DNA of 64,000 bases from Trichinella spiralis (lineage: Eukaryota). The position numbers were made by a program, and so were the translations under genes. The DNA lies in NCBI RefSeq assembly GCF_000181795.1, contig NW_003526943.1, positions 10,474,789-10,538,788 of the forward strand, in the 5' to 3' direction. Each line of letters opens with the position of its first letter. The first letter of the stretch is position 1. This document shows, piece by piece, positions 16,037-28,567 of the stretch. The notes beneath the pieces are model-generated. The model ran no database searches. It worked only from the letters and a program-made list of their open reading frames with translations, and was not told the DNA's origin.

Positions 16037-18162
16037 ATGGCACAAGACAAAACTGTGAAGGCTTCACCAAGTGCGTATGCTGGTGCTTCACTTTCATCAA
16101 GTTGCCATTTGCCGTTACGTATGGTAGTGAAGGCAAAATTTGTTGGAGCCATTATTGGTCACGCGGGATCTACTATTCGAGACATAGCAAAAGTGACAAA
16201 AACACGTTGTGTGTGAGTATTTGAAAATAAAACTTTTCAAAGTTAAGAAACCATATTCAAATTTTTATGTTAAATTAAATTACGTTATTATGTTATTAAA
16301 TTTTATGAAAGTTGAATAACGGAAAGTGTTAATTTGTAGGGTTGACTTTTCAAAAGATGTGAAAGAAAATAGATCGGCGAATAATCCGTTTTATCAAAAT
16401 GCTGAAAGAATAATCAGTATTTTTGGAAATCCTGACAATGCTTCCAATGCTTGCGTGAAGATACTACAACTTGTTGAAAGGGAAAAAGGACGAGATGCAG
16501 AAGATACAAACAAGTAGTATATTTATTTTAAGCGTATATTTAATATATGATATGATTTTCAGCTCTCAACTCGAGCTTAAAATTCGTGTTCACAACAATT
16601 TGATCGGCCGTTTGATTGGTAAAAATGGTGCTACAATTAAGCAGATAATTCAAGAAACCGGCGCTGATATATACGTATCAAAGTAAGTAAATTTTTTTCA
16701 TCTTAAAACTTAGATATTTTTGAAGTGAAATTAGGAAAAAAGGAATTACCGTTAACTATTTGAAAATAAATTTTGTTGATTTGAAAATATTGTTATTAAT
16801 ACAATTTTTATAATGAGTAAAGTTGTTTGTAAGCATTTTTATTTGAAAAAAGTAGTAAATTTAATGTATAAGTAGATGTTATTGAATTCTTCTATTAAAT
16901 AATGATTAATATGCTGTGTGAATTTTAGGAGTTTTATAATTCACGAATTTAATGTTTTTAATATGGAGCGTACTGTGACCATTCGTGGTACATTGGAAGC
17001 TTTGCGTAATGGCGAGAAAGTTGTTTCAGCAAAATTGCGGCAGTTTTGGAATGCGGATATGTCTAATAGAGTAAGAAATGTTTAAATTGTGATGTTTCTT
17101 TTTAATTGAACAATGGATACTTTCAGCCCGAGACTGTTTGTCCTATGTTAAGTATACCGAGCGTGAACTTGGATTCAATTCCACCGATAATTCACAATCA
17201 GAAAACGTTCAATTTGCTAAATTACGTTTACAAAGGATTTGTCGATCAGTTTGTATTGATCGATGCTATCCGTATTCTTCTGCAAAGTTCGGACTTTGAA
17301 GATGTTATTGGTTCCAATGAAAGCAATCTTCGCTTTTTGGCATTCGTTACTGGTGCCGCCGTTGAAGCTGTACGTACAAGTGAAAAAGATGCTCAAGCTG
17401 CAACCAAAAATTTACCTGTAACGTCTGAAAGAGTTGTAGTTACTACTGGCACTTTTATGCAAAACAGCAAAGTAAGCAGAATTACATTTTAATCCGATTA
17501 TATATATATATTTATGTTATTTCAGGTTTTATTTCTAATTTACAAACAACTGTGTGACAAAATTCAGCTGCCTTTTCACTTGGGTTTTCTTCATTTGAAA
17601 ATTTCCATTCCTGCAGGAGTAATTGGTAGAATTATTGGAAAAGGTGGAGAAAATGTAAGCGAATTGAAATATTTTTGATTTTTACAATTCTTATGATTGA
17701 ATTTTTCCAAATTATGCCAATTAAATTATGATTAATATTAAAATTTACTTCAATTCACGAAGGTGATAATTTTGTCGTTGTTTTTTTTTTGTTTTTAGAT
17801 TCGCAATTTGCGCAGAGCCAGCGGTGCACAACTGGTATTAACTAAAGCAACTGAGACAACCGATGCCAGTTTATCTGTAAAAGGCAACTTTTATGCTATT
17901 CAGGTAGGCGATGTCATTGTTTGCATTGATTTAATATATTTATGTTCATTTGCATTTTTATACCATCTGTTGCAGTTGTGTGTATTAAAATTTGCATATT
18001 TTGTACAGCTAATTTTATATTTAGAAAATTATGAAAGACATATACTGTTGGAAGTATGAATATTTGCAGCAGCAAAATTTGGTGAACATCAGCAAAGCAC
18101 TGATTTTGCAGCGGCAGTCGTTGAATCCACGTTCACTTGGCGCTTTTCAATATTGCCAATAA
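16037..18162 (+). CDS. IGF2BP/IMP (imph-1-like) multi-KH RNA-binding protein; upstream exon(s) possible (e.g. 15381-15446)
   Basis: KH1 LPLRMVV..FVGAIIGHAGSTIR; KH2 LKIRVHNNLIGRLIGKNGATIK...ERTVTIRG; KH4 IPAGVIGRIIGKGGEN-IRNLRRASGA...GNFYAIQ. Canonical GT-AG introns. Confidence 0.85.
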
Positions 18163-19530
18163 TTGAAGAATTTGTACAACAGCAGTTGATCACTTCACTT
18201 GTCGTCTTTATTTTTGGTTTTTGTTTGTGTTTGTGTATTTTATATTTAGGATGCGTTTAAAAATGAAATTGATCAGTTGAAGAGCGTTTATTTGTCAATA
18301 TTTTTACCTTTTTGAATGTAGTGTTGAATTTAAAAACAACTTTGCCAGCTGACATATTAATGCTTAAACATTTTCTTTGTATAAGCACTGATATGTTATG
18401 CACTTACTTGGTAAGCAATTGAAGAAGAGCATGAAGAGTACTTTTTGGGTTTCACAAATATTCGCACTGTTTTTATTAGCTTTCGTTTTATTGCTTTCAA
18501 TATCAAATATTTATTTTACGAACGCCAATGTTACCGAATTAAACAGATTGTTTTTGCCATTTGGAATCTACATCTTCGATAAATGTGAACTTCTTGAAAA
18601 TGAATAATTTTTATTACTTGTGAAAAATAATATAAAATGTATTCATGCATTAATATTATATGTACTCGCAATTTATTACTGCTAGAATAAAAGTAAGAAT
18701 GCATTGTTATCTCCATGTGTTGTTTATACGTATTACAAATTTTTGAAAAAATAAGAAATCTTTGTACTCTGGAGAGTTTACTGTATTTTCGGCTGGTTTT
18801 GCTCCAGCATTCTTTCAGCTAGGTGAGCTGTAAATTTTAATTGGTTTTATACTTTTATATTGGTTTCAGCAGATCTTCCCATGATTTATTCGCATGCAAA
18901 ATTGTGAATGACTATGATATTTAATGCATTATTAGTCAAGAAATATTTAAAAATTCTTGATGCTTTAAAAGTTACATTTCGAATATTCATAAAATTTGTG
19001 ATGTTTGAAAATATTTGTACTTTACTATTTTCTACATTAAATGTACATTTGCATGTATGAAGACGTTTTCAAAACACATTTTTGATAGTTTTTCCTTCTT
19101 GACTGATAGGCTAAATGGATTTATAGGCATAATCGGAAAAACTGTCATTAAAAGCTAATAATGGAAATTATTTTTCTAAAATAACATAATGCACGCTGAT
19201 TAGAAAAATAATTCAGTTGCGAGTCAAAGAAAGAGCTCTTTCAGAAATGGCCATCAGTCAAAAATGAATAGTCTCCCTTCAGTTGTCCGAAGAGAAACTG
19301 TAACGTGAAATCAGATTGCGCTTTATTTCACATTTTCATTATTCTCTTATTATTTTGAAAAAAATTTAGAAAATATTTATCAAAAAAATTATGGATGACT
19401 TACTGCTTGCCAGTTATTATTTATTCAATGGATATGCAGTTTCCCAATTTTAGGATACTGTATTTGTTCTTAGTTTTCAAAGATACAGTAGCGAATGTTG
19501 ATTTTATTGTTAAAAATAAAACTTAATTGA

Positions 19531-20031
19531 ATGGCTGAACGGTGTAAAATCTGCGATCAGTTGAAAGAAAAAGTATATGAGTGTCCGAAATGCAGCATTC
19601 ATTTTTGCTCAGTTAGCTGTTATCGAAGTGAAAAGCATGTTCAGTGTAGCGAAAAATTTTATCAGGGATGTGTCGAAGAAGAGCTGAAGGCCCAGAAGTT
19701 TGAATCTTCTATCAAAAATAGAAATACGATTCTAGCATCATTAAATGAAGAAATAAGCAGGCAGTCAGCTAGAGAAAGCTTGTTTCGTATTTTTCCAGAT
19801 GCTGACCTTGATGCTGTAGATGAAAGTGAACTTGACAGGGAACTGTTTCAGATGGGAGTAAATGTGAATGATGACATTTTTGAATTGCTGGATGATGAGC
19901 AGAAAGAAGAATTTCAAAAAATATGGCGAAAGTATCTAAAGAAAAATTTTGCCAGTTCGGTCGCTACTGAGTCCACAAAGTACTTAAACTTGGCGGAAGA
20001 AAGAGATTTTGATCCATCTGTTTTTCGCTGA
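19531..20031 (+). CDS. ZNHIT2: Zinc finger HIT domain protein, ZNHIT2-like (single exon, 166 aa)
   Basis: CKIC...YECPKCSIHFCSVSCYRSEKHVQCSEKFYQGCVEEEL: a zf-HIT followed by the C-x-E-x-FY motif typical of ZNHIT2. Confidence 0.8.
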   Translation: MAERCKICDQLKEKVYECPKCSIHFCSVSCYRSEKHVQCSEKFYQGCVEEELKAQKFESSIKNRNTILASLNEEISRQSARESLFRIFPDADLDAVDESELDRELFQMGVNVNDDIFELLDDEQKEEFQKIWRKYLKKNFASSVATESTKYLNLAEERDFDPSVFR

Positions 20032-20198
20032 ACTTTCATTTTTACTTAATGCTGTTGGAGTAAATTTTTTTTTCTAATAATCACTCAATCAATCAATCAA
20101 TCACTTTTGAGGTACATTACCCAAATATTTAACAGAAATTGCTGTTGAATGATTTTAATTAAATACTGGATGAATGACTGGTTTAGTTAAAATTTTCA

Positions 20199-20993
20199 AT
20201 GCGTAACCAGCTTATGAAGTTTTTGAAAGTAGGAAATTTATCCTACTTTCTCTCGATTAGAAATTATTCCTGCTGTAAAAGCTTTAGATTTATTAATAGA
20301 TCTTTTTCGTCGATGCCAAGTGGAAATGGTAATGATAGAATATTTTGTGACAGGATTTATAAATCACTTTTTTAGAAATAATCGCTGAAGTTAATGAACA
20401 AATTAAGAATCATTCACATGGCAGACTTTTTGCAATAGTCAAATTCGGTGATGAACAATTCAAAGTAACCGAAGAAGACATTATTATTGTCGAAGGATCA
20501 TATCCTTTTAAAGTGGGAGATAAAATTCGACTTGAAAAGGTAATTATTAAATGCTTATTTGGGTAGAATAATTATATAAAATGGAAATTATAGATACTGT
20601 GCGTTGGTTCCAGTGATTTCACATTGTTCGGAACACCAGTGCTGCCGTAATATAAAGTTCACTTTAGCTGTTTGTTTTTAATCAATGGAATGGATTTTGT
20701 CTAGGAAAGAAAAAGTTGCTGTTAATGCTACGGTCATAGAAAAAACATTTTCAAATGTTGACGTGGATTTCTTCTTCGTCAGGAGGAAAGATATACGCCG
20801 GTTAAATTGTGAGCAGTGCATTTTATATTGTTTTATAATTTTGAAAGATTATTGTTTTCTGTGATACAACCTATATATTTGTATTTTAGTTTATCGTACG
20901 CCGCTGTCGATGTTACGAGTGAACAGTATTGAATTAACTTCCCCAGTTGGGGAATGCACAAGCAATATTGCAAAAAAGCCTAGTGACATTTGA
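20199..20993 (+). CDS. MRPL21: Mitochondrial ribosomal protein bL21m, 5 exons
   Basis: Basic/Ser-rich presequence, then GRLFAIVKFGDEQFKVTEEDIIIV..GDKIRLEK, ILCVGSSDFTLFGTPVL, VNATVIEKT and YRTPLSMLRVNSI. Confidence 0.88.
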
Positions 20994-21348
20994 TAATGAA
21001 GTTAATGTTCAATTTAAAGATAGCAAATAAATTGCAGTTGCATCATTGTTATTTACTTCTGTTGAAAAGATGATTCATCGCAGAATGTAAATTTCGTAGA
21101 AGTGGTGTATAATTGATATTTTTCTTAATATTTATAGTTTAAATTGAAAAACAGAAATTTATAAAAGTACTTTTTTTAGTAGTGCTAGTTAATTAAAAGA
21201 TAAGATATTTTGAATGAATAAATATTACAAAGAAGACGGAAACCTGTTTCAAACGATTTATCATATCAGTGAATAACAAGATGCAGTTTAAAATGTAAAG
21301 AATATATTTTAGTTAAACTGTTAGTTTTTACATTATTTGCATTATAAG

Positions 21349-22116
21349 TGTAACTACACAGAACTTATGTTGTTTAAATCATTCAATTTATGACCCGTCC
21401 AGTTAGAAAGATGCCTGTACCGACAAATGGAGCTCTGTCGATACTGATGCTCAAGTTTGATGCACGGTTTACTAAACGTAAGGCACGAACAGTGGACGAT
21501 GCACACTGAACACAAATGTTCTGTTCTTAGCTTTTTTCTTCTCCTCTGTCCTTCTCGTCCTACTGCTCACTCTCTCCTGCCTTTCAGAGCGTTGCCACCT
21601 AAATAAATAAATATATATAAAGCCCAGGAATTAGCGGCCCGGCGGGTGTCTAGCGTAAACCGCAAATAGAACATCTCGGTCGGTCGGGAAGTGCGCACTA
21701 TCCAGGTCAAGATCTAAGCTTCTGTCAGGCAGCTGCCGACCCTTGGAATTTTCTTCCCTTTGTTCACCACTCGGCAAACCACGCCGACGGACTTTAGTTG
21801 CTTCATTACTACCGCCACTCCTCTAGGTCATCTGATAACGCGCCGTTGCGATTGTTTGTGCAATAGGCCTTTGTTCGCCGAACAACCAGCTGATCCTTCA
21901 CGCAGCAGGGGGCCTCCTCGACCCCGACAGCACTAGTCGGATTGTCGCGATAATGATCTTCAGAGCAAGCTTCAGTGGGTCCACAGTATTCCTGTCCTGA
22001 CCACGCCTTGCACACGCTGATCCGAGAGTGTGTCACGCCTACGAGGTCGACGCCGTTCTGTCGGGAACAATGTCCATTACTTTGTCATTTGTAATATAAT
22101 ATCTATTAGTTGTACA
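21349..22116. mobile_element. Candidate solo LTR / internally deleted LTR element
   Basis: GC-elevated island bounded by TGTAACTA...TAGTTGTACA (imperfect inverted TG..CA termini). Flanks ATAAG/ATAAA resemble a 5-bp target-site duplication with one mismatch. Confidence 0.4.
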
Positions 22117-22739
22117 ATAAATAAACAGATGCTAAAATTTAATACATAAATATTAATATAGTTCTTTTCTATATGAATTTACACCTAAAGCATTACAGAA
22201 TAAGCTCTTAAAATTTTCTTTTGCTACTTTCATGTCGTAAAATAATTAACGTTTTAAATCATTTCTATTGATATTTTTAAAAATATTCATTTAATATAAT
22301 TATATGCTCTTTAATCGTGCATTTTATAAATTTCAACATTATTTATTTTTTATCTGCGATGCATCATTACAAATTCATCTTGATTTTCTTTACTTAAGAA
22401 TACAGTAAGTGTTATATCAAAAAAGCACGCTTAGAATTATAAAATAATATAAAATCGTGGGTAATAAAATCTAAAATTAAAAAAAATAAACCATATTTTT
22501 TTGTTAAAATTTTTTTAAATATTTATTTACTTATTTTTTATTTTCAACCCCCATGACAATCAGTTAGAATGAACTTGCTTAACAATAAAGTGCTTTCTGA
22601 TTGGTCAAAAATGTTCTATGAATTTCTTTGATTTTCGAAAATTTTCCATTGGTAACGATAGCGTTTACATTGCTCGAAACGTCATTTTACGTTCAGGTTG
22701 CCTTGTGGGTTGTGAGTAATTTTTCTGCTTCGTTGCACG

Positions 22740-25016
22740 ATGTCGAAGAATGCTATTGGAATTGATTTGGGTACTACCTACAGTTGTGTTGGCGTGTTCC
22801 AGCATGGTAAAGTTGAAATTATTGCCAACGATCAAGGGAATCGTACCACGCCAAGTTATGTTGCTTTCACCGATACCGAGCGACTGATTGGAGATGCGGC
22901 AAAAAATCAAGTTGCGTTGAATCCTCATAATACAGTTTTTGATGCGAAGCGACTCATCGGTCGTCGATTTGATGATGCTGCGGTGCAGTCTGATATGAAA
23001 CATTGGCCATTCAAAGTTATCAACGATGGATCGAAACCTAAAATTCAAGTCGAATACAAAGGCGAGTCGAAGTCATTTACACCAGAAGAAATCAGTGCTA
23101 TGGTGTTAGTGAAGATGAAGGAAACTGCCGAGGCTTATTTGGGAAAAACTGTTAAGGATGCCGTAATTACTGTTCCGGCATATTTTAACGATTCTCAGCG
23201 TCAGGCGACCAAAGACGCTGGAACGATTTCTGGTTTGAATGTTTTGCGTATCATCAACGAACCAACAGCGGCTGCAATTGCTTATGGACTTGATAGAAAG
23301 GGTGGCGGTGAACGAAATGTTCTGATATTTGACCTTGGTGGTGGTACTTTTGATGTGTCTATTTTGACCATCGAAGATGGCATTTTTGAGGTCAAGTCTA
23401 CCGCTGGTGACACTCATTTGGGTGGTGAGGACTTCGACAATCGCATGGTAAATCATTTCGTGGCTGAGTTTAAGCGCAAGAACAAGAAGGACATGTCATC
23501 TAATCCACGCGCATTGCGTCGCTTGCGCACAGCTTGTGAACGAGCGAAGCGCACGTTGAGTAGCTCTACACAGGCGAGGTAAGTTAGTTATTTTTTCATT
23601 TCAAGTTGTCCTTTGTTACAAATTTCTTTTGTTTTTAGCATTGAAATTGATAGCCTCTACGAAGGCATTGATTTCTACACCACTATTACAAGAGCTCGCT
23701 TCGAAGAGTTGAATGCTGACTTGTTCCGTTCTACTTTGGAACCAGTAGAAAAAGCTCTTCGTGATGCGAAATTAGACAAAGCAGTGATTCATGAAGTTGT
23801 TTTGGTGGGTGGATCTACTCGCATTCCTAAAGTTCAGAAGTTGTTGCAAGATTTTTTTAATGGGAAAGAACTTAACAAAAGCATCAATCCAGACGAAGCT
23901 GTTGCCTATGGAGCAGGTATGAATTAGCTGCGTTGTTATTGTTGCATTGTTTGATGGTGTGTGTGTATATGTGTACATTAAACATTTTTTTTAACAGCTG
24001 TTCAAGCGGCAATTTTGTCCGGCGAAAAGCACGAAGCAGTTCAAGATCTGTTGCTTCTTGATGTGACACCTCTTTCGTTGGGTATTGAAACCGCAGGAGG
24101 TGTAATGACAGCGCTAATTAAGCGCAACACTACCATCCCTACAAAAGTATCGCAAGTGTTCACTACTTACTCGGACAATCAGCCTGGGGTATTGATTCAA
24201 GTGTACGAAGGAGAGCGTGCAATGACTAAAGACAATGTAAGCTTCACTGTTTTTTTTTTATTTCATTTAAAGTTAATTGTCTTGTGCTTTTCTTCTTTGT
24301 AGAATTTGCTTGGAAAGTTCGAGTTGACTGGAATCCCACCTGCTCCACGTGGTGTTCCACAAATTGAAGTTACGTTTGACATCGATGCCAACGGCATTTT
24401 GAACGTTTCTGCCGTTGACAAAAGTACCGGCCGTCAAAACAAAATCACCATTACTAATGACAAAGGTCGGCTTAGCAAAGAGGACATCGATCGTATGGTG
24501 CGAGAAGCCGACCAATATAAACAGGAAGATGAAAAGCAGAGAGACCGTATTCAAGCGAAAAATGGTCTGGAAAGTTATGCTTTTAATGTTAAATCAACAA
24601 TTGAAGATGAAAAATTGAAAGTAAGAGAACTATATAATAATATTATGTTTGGGTTTGCGAAATAACAGTTTCCATTCCAGGATAAAATTCCTGAATCAGA
24701 TCGTAAGGCGGTGTTGAATAAATGTGAAGAAGTTTTGCGCTGGCTGGAAACAAATCAGTTGGCCGAAAAAGATGAATTCGAGCACAAGCAGAAAGACCTG
24801 GAATCGCTGTGCAATCCAATTATGGCAAAGTTGTATCAAGTAAGTTCATCATTGACAGAATGATGTTTTGCATTGCATAATCTGAACTTTTTCATTTTTA
24901 AGGGAGATGGCGGTGGTGGAATGCCAGGTGGTATGCCGAATTTTGCAGGTTCTGCAGGTGCACCTCCAGGTGGCGCGTCTCGTGGTGGTGGTCCTACTAT
25001 TGAAGAAGTTGATTAA
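22740..25016 (+). CDS. hsp70: Cytosolic HSP70/HSC70, 6 exons
   Basis: [21 protein letters not shown] and [12 protein letters not shown] signatures; C-terminus GGMPGGMP...GPTIEEVD followed by a stop. Confidence 0.98.
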
Positions 25017-25507
25017 AAAAGCATATGATGATGATTATTACCTAGTCAACGCGTATTATATATGCTGCAATATTCTGGGCGTAGTTCTAATAAATTATAT
25101 AAAATGAACTGAATGCATTGGCACGTTGAACTGAATAATGCAAAGTTTTATTTAATTGGAACAATCATGAACTACAGTATAAAGCGCATTTAATAATAAA
25201 TTGCTAAATGTCAATTGTCTTGAAACTGCAAAACCAATTTTTGAAAATGTTTAAATTCGTCAGCATTTACAAACAATGAATTGCATTGTGCGATATTGGC
25301 AGAAAGCATGCTAAGTAAATAAAAAATGCTTTTTTATGGCTACTATATTTATCCTTAATTTTTGAAAACATGTCATGTTCATTAACGAAGAAGACTTACT
25401 GTTATTTATATTGAAGATTATTAGTTAAGAATTTGTCTGTTCAACCTTGTAAATCTCTTTTGTAAGTAGACTGTAAGTTTCTATTTATAAGTTATCCAAC
25501 CAATGAG

Positions 25508-25939
25508 TGTCGTAGAATTCAATTTATTTCAATATTATTCAGTTGAATTAAAGAACGGGGAATGAGGGAGTAGCTAATGAGCGGTTCGAGCGTCTGCAAG
25601 GATAACTTTCTTGCTTGTGTTCCCTCCTCACTCTTATTTATACATGTTGGTTGGCCTAATTCCGCGTCTGGTGCCTCAAATTATGGAGGAAAGATCCAAT
25701 AAACGGGTTGGTTGTGCAACCGTTTAATCTGTGCAGCTCCGGTGATCGGAGCAACTGACCACCAAAATTGTGACAGGTATACAGCATGGACGCTGCCCCT
25801 TTGACCGTTTAATTGCTATTCCATTGTTCACTATCAAGAAAAACAAGGGAGGCAGCCTGCGTTGCGTGCAAGAAACAATATTTTGGTCATGGGGAGTTTA
25901 AGCATCGATGAGCAGGTATAGAGAAAAGATTTCTCAACA
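25508..25939. mobile_element. Candidate solo LTR-like remnant
   Basis: ~430 bp GC-elevated island bounded by TGTCGTAGAAT...ATTTCTCAACA. No target-site duplication seen. Confidence 0.25.
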
Positions 25940-26416
25940 TTATCTTTAGAATTTGTTAAAGTTATGGAATGTAAAAATGTAGCATTCTTTACTAGGAAAA
26001 TTATTTTTAAACAAGCACAGCTCTTAAAAAATTGAAATGAAAAAATTTATACTTGAATTTTTTTATTCAGTATTTAGTATCGAAACATGATTAAAATTTT
26101 GGTAAATAATAATACACATTTTAATGAATAAGAAATGAGAAAGGCTTTTGAGATACAGTAATTTAATCTCCTAAAATCGATGTTTAAACTTGACTTTCTG
26201 GTTACTAGAGTTAGTACTACTGTATCAAATGCATTCTATGACGTTGAAGTAGTGAGTTGTGTGAATGACAAGGAAGAATGCATTAATTTTATTTTGAAAT
26301 AATTTTTTCTCAAAGAAATATTTTCACTGATATGATTTTTTTGAAAATATTAATGATGAAATAAATGTGACTTTGAGGGGTGATGTTTTAATGATTTTAC
26401 TTTTCTTTTAGTCATC

Positions 26417-27981
26417 ATGCAACTTCTGCGTAGCGTTCGATTGTTTCAGTTTGGACTTCGGCGGAATTTTCACCACGTGTGTAAAGCATTTTTTTTAATT
26501 TCATGCATAATTTTCTGAAACATTGTTGAAATTTAGGGCGGCATGAAAGTCGCAGTGCTGGGTGCCAGCGGGGGTATTGGCCAGCCAATGTCTTTGCTGT
26601 TGAAAATGTGCCCGCAGATTAATCATCTTGCTTTGTACGATTTGGTGAAGACTATTGGTGTCGGAGCCGATTTGTCGCATTTGTCCACTAATACGAAAAT
26701 TTCCGCTCACAATGGCAAAGAGCAGTTGAAAGATGCCCTCGACGGTTGCGACGTTGTTTTAATTCCTGCGGGCGTTCCAAGAAAGCCAGGTAAAATTAGC
26801 ATATTGCTGGGTACTAGATCAATTAGCATATTGCTGTTTTGTTGAGCTTAACATTAAAATTGCAGTTTTTTTATTTTCATTATTCTGTGTTATTCTGTAC
26901 GTTTTTGTTTGTTGTTCCATGTTGGTATGTGCATTTATTTTGTGCAGGAATGACTCGAGACGATCTTTTCAACACCAATGCCTCTATAGTGAAAGAATTG
27001 ACAGAAGCTGTAGCCAAATATTCTCCGAAAGCTATGCTTTGTATTATTTCGAACCCAGTAATTTTGTTTTCCTTTATTATTTCTTTTTTGGTCAATGATT
27101 TTTCATAGTTTTGAGTAATGTGAAGTGATTTCATTTTAATAGGTAAATTCGACTGTTCCAATTGCTGCTGAAGTGTTGAAAAAGTATGGCGTTTACGATT
27201 ACAGGCGATTGTTTGGTGTCACAACGTTGGATATTATTCGATCTAACACTTTCATCGCCGAGGCGAAGGTTTGTCAGAAGAATTTACGAATTGTCACAAG
27301 AGTACTAATGAAACAATTTTTTAGAGTCTGGACGTGAAGTCGGTCAATTGTCCAGTAATAGGCGGTCATTCTGGTGTGACCATAATCCCTGTATTGTCTC
27401 AGTGCAAGCCGAGCGTGATTTTTGATGAAGAAGAAGCGAAGCAGTTGACAGTAAGAATTCAAGAAGCCGGCACGGAAGTGGTCAAAGCGAAAGAGGGAAC
27501 TGTAATAAAAAAAATATGAATGAAATTGCGAAATTAAAAAGGGGCTGTTTCTGTGCAGGGTTCGGCTACGTTGTCGATGGCTTACGCTGGGATGCTGTTC
27601 ACGCATTCGGTAAGTGTTGAAGCTGTTCGTTCAGACGCATTTGTAAAATATGAGGCACTTTTGAAATTCAGCTTCTGGACGCGATGTGCGGCAAAAGTGG
27701 AATAATTGAATGCACATTTGTGCAATCAGATATCATACCGGGCATTCCTTACTTTTCTACGCCTGTTTTGCTTGGAGTAAATTATTATGATTTGTTTTTC
27801 ATCACCGACTAACTTCTTGTTAATTTGGAAAATTAATTAATAAATTTTTAATTTTTAGAGAAATGGTGTGGAAAGGAATTTGGGTTTGCCTGCGATGAAC
27901 AACTTTGAAAAAAAATTGTTGGATACGGCATTGCCTGAATTGAAAAAGAATATTGAAAAAGGCATAAAATTTATAAATTGA
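26417..27981 (+). CDS. MDH2: Mitochondrial malate dehydrogenase, multi-exon
   Basis: Presequence [20 protein letters not shown], then [53 protein letters not shown] and [11 protein letters not shown]. Confidence 0.96.
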
Positions 27982-28102
27982 CGGCACAAGTGTTGAAAAT
28001 TTATAAAATGTGAAAGACTGGAAATAAAAGTTTGCTTGAAGAAATATATTTTGTTTTTAATATTTTTAAACTGCTCAATGGGGCATGTATTATTTGTTTG
28101 AC

Positions 28103-28161
28103 TACTTTTTCATTCGGCATAAAGTTAAATTAATTAATAAAAGGAATAGAAATCTTTTCAG
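28103..28161 (+). promoter_or_regulatory. Putative intercistronic Ur-like motif (TACTTT) and trans-splice acceptor TTTTCAG
   Basis: AATAAA at 28023 after the MDH2 stop; TACTTT at 28103-28108; TTTTCAG ends at 28161, 3 nt before the MRPL13 ATG. Confidence 0.55.
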
Positions 28162-28164
28162 AGA

Positions 28165-28535
28165 ATGACTTCAAGAAGTGGAATTAGCAGTTTCAAGCGA
28201 GTTCAGGTATTTTTTATCAGAATATTCAATTGAAATATTTGTGAATAAATATTTAAAATAATTCAACTAACATTACATGCAAAGTAAATGAATTTTCAGA
28301 TGGGAAAAATTTTGTATATTTTTATAAATAAAATTATCTATTGAAAAATAATGAACATAGTTAAAGAAAATTGTTTTGTTTGTTTTTGCTTTCTATTTCT
28401 AACTCCAGCAATGGTTGACGTTTGCTCGTCAATGGCATATTATCAATGCAGAATGGCAGGATCCGATATTATTGGCTGGAAAAGTTGCACATTACCTTCG
28501 AGGAATGAACAAGCCAATTTTTCATCATGCAAGTA

Positions 28536-28567
<32 letters not shown>

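Noticed and set aside
22598..22652. Heat-shock elements upstream of HSP70
   Set aside because: TTC/GAA triplets are present but only an imperfect nTTCnnAAAnnTTCn array. Two ATTGG boxes are also present; not enough for a call.
22665..24618. Antisense and alternative-frame ORFs over HSP70
   Set aside because: Shadow ORFs produced by codon usage in a conserved gene.
23579..24902. U14-type snoRNA in HSP70 introns
   Set aside because: Introns are only ~60-80 nt and have no proper C/D box pair.
25566..25600. tRNA gene (TAGCTAATG...GGTTCGAG)
   Set aside because: Box spacing is too short and no cloverleaf forms.
26794..26836. 16-bp direct repeat AATTAGCATATTGCTG in an MDH2 intron
   Set aside because: Small local duplication with no further structure.
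28535..28565. (TAA)n tracts here and at ~62748-62770
   Set aside because: Ordinary intronic microsatellites.
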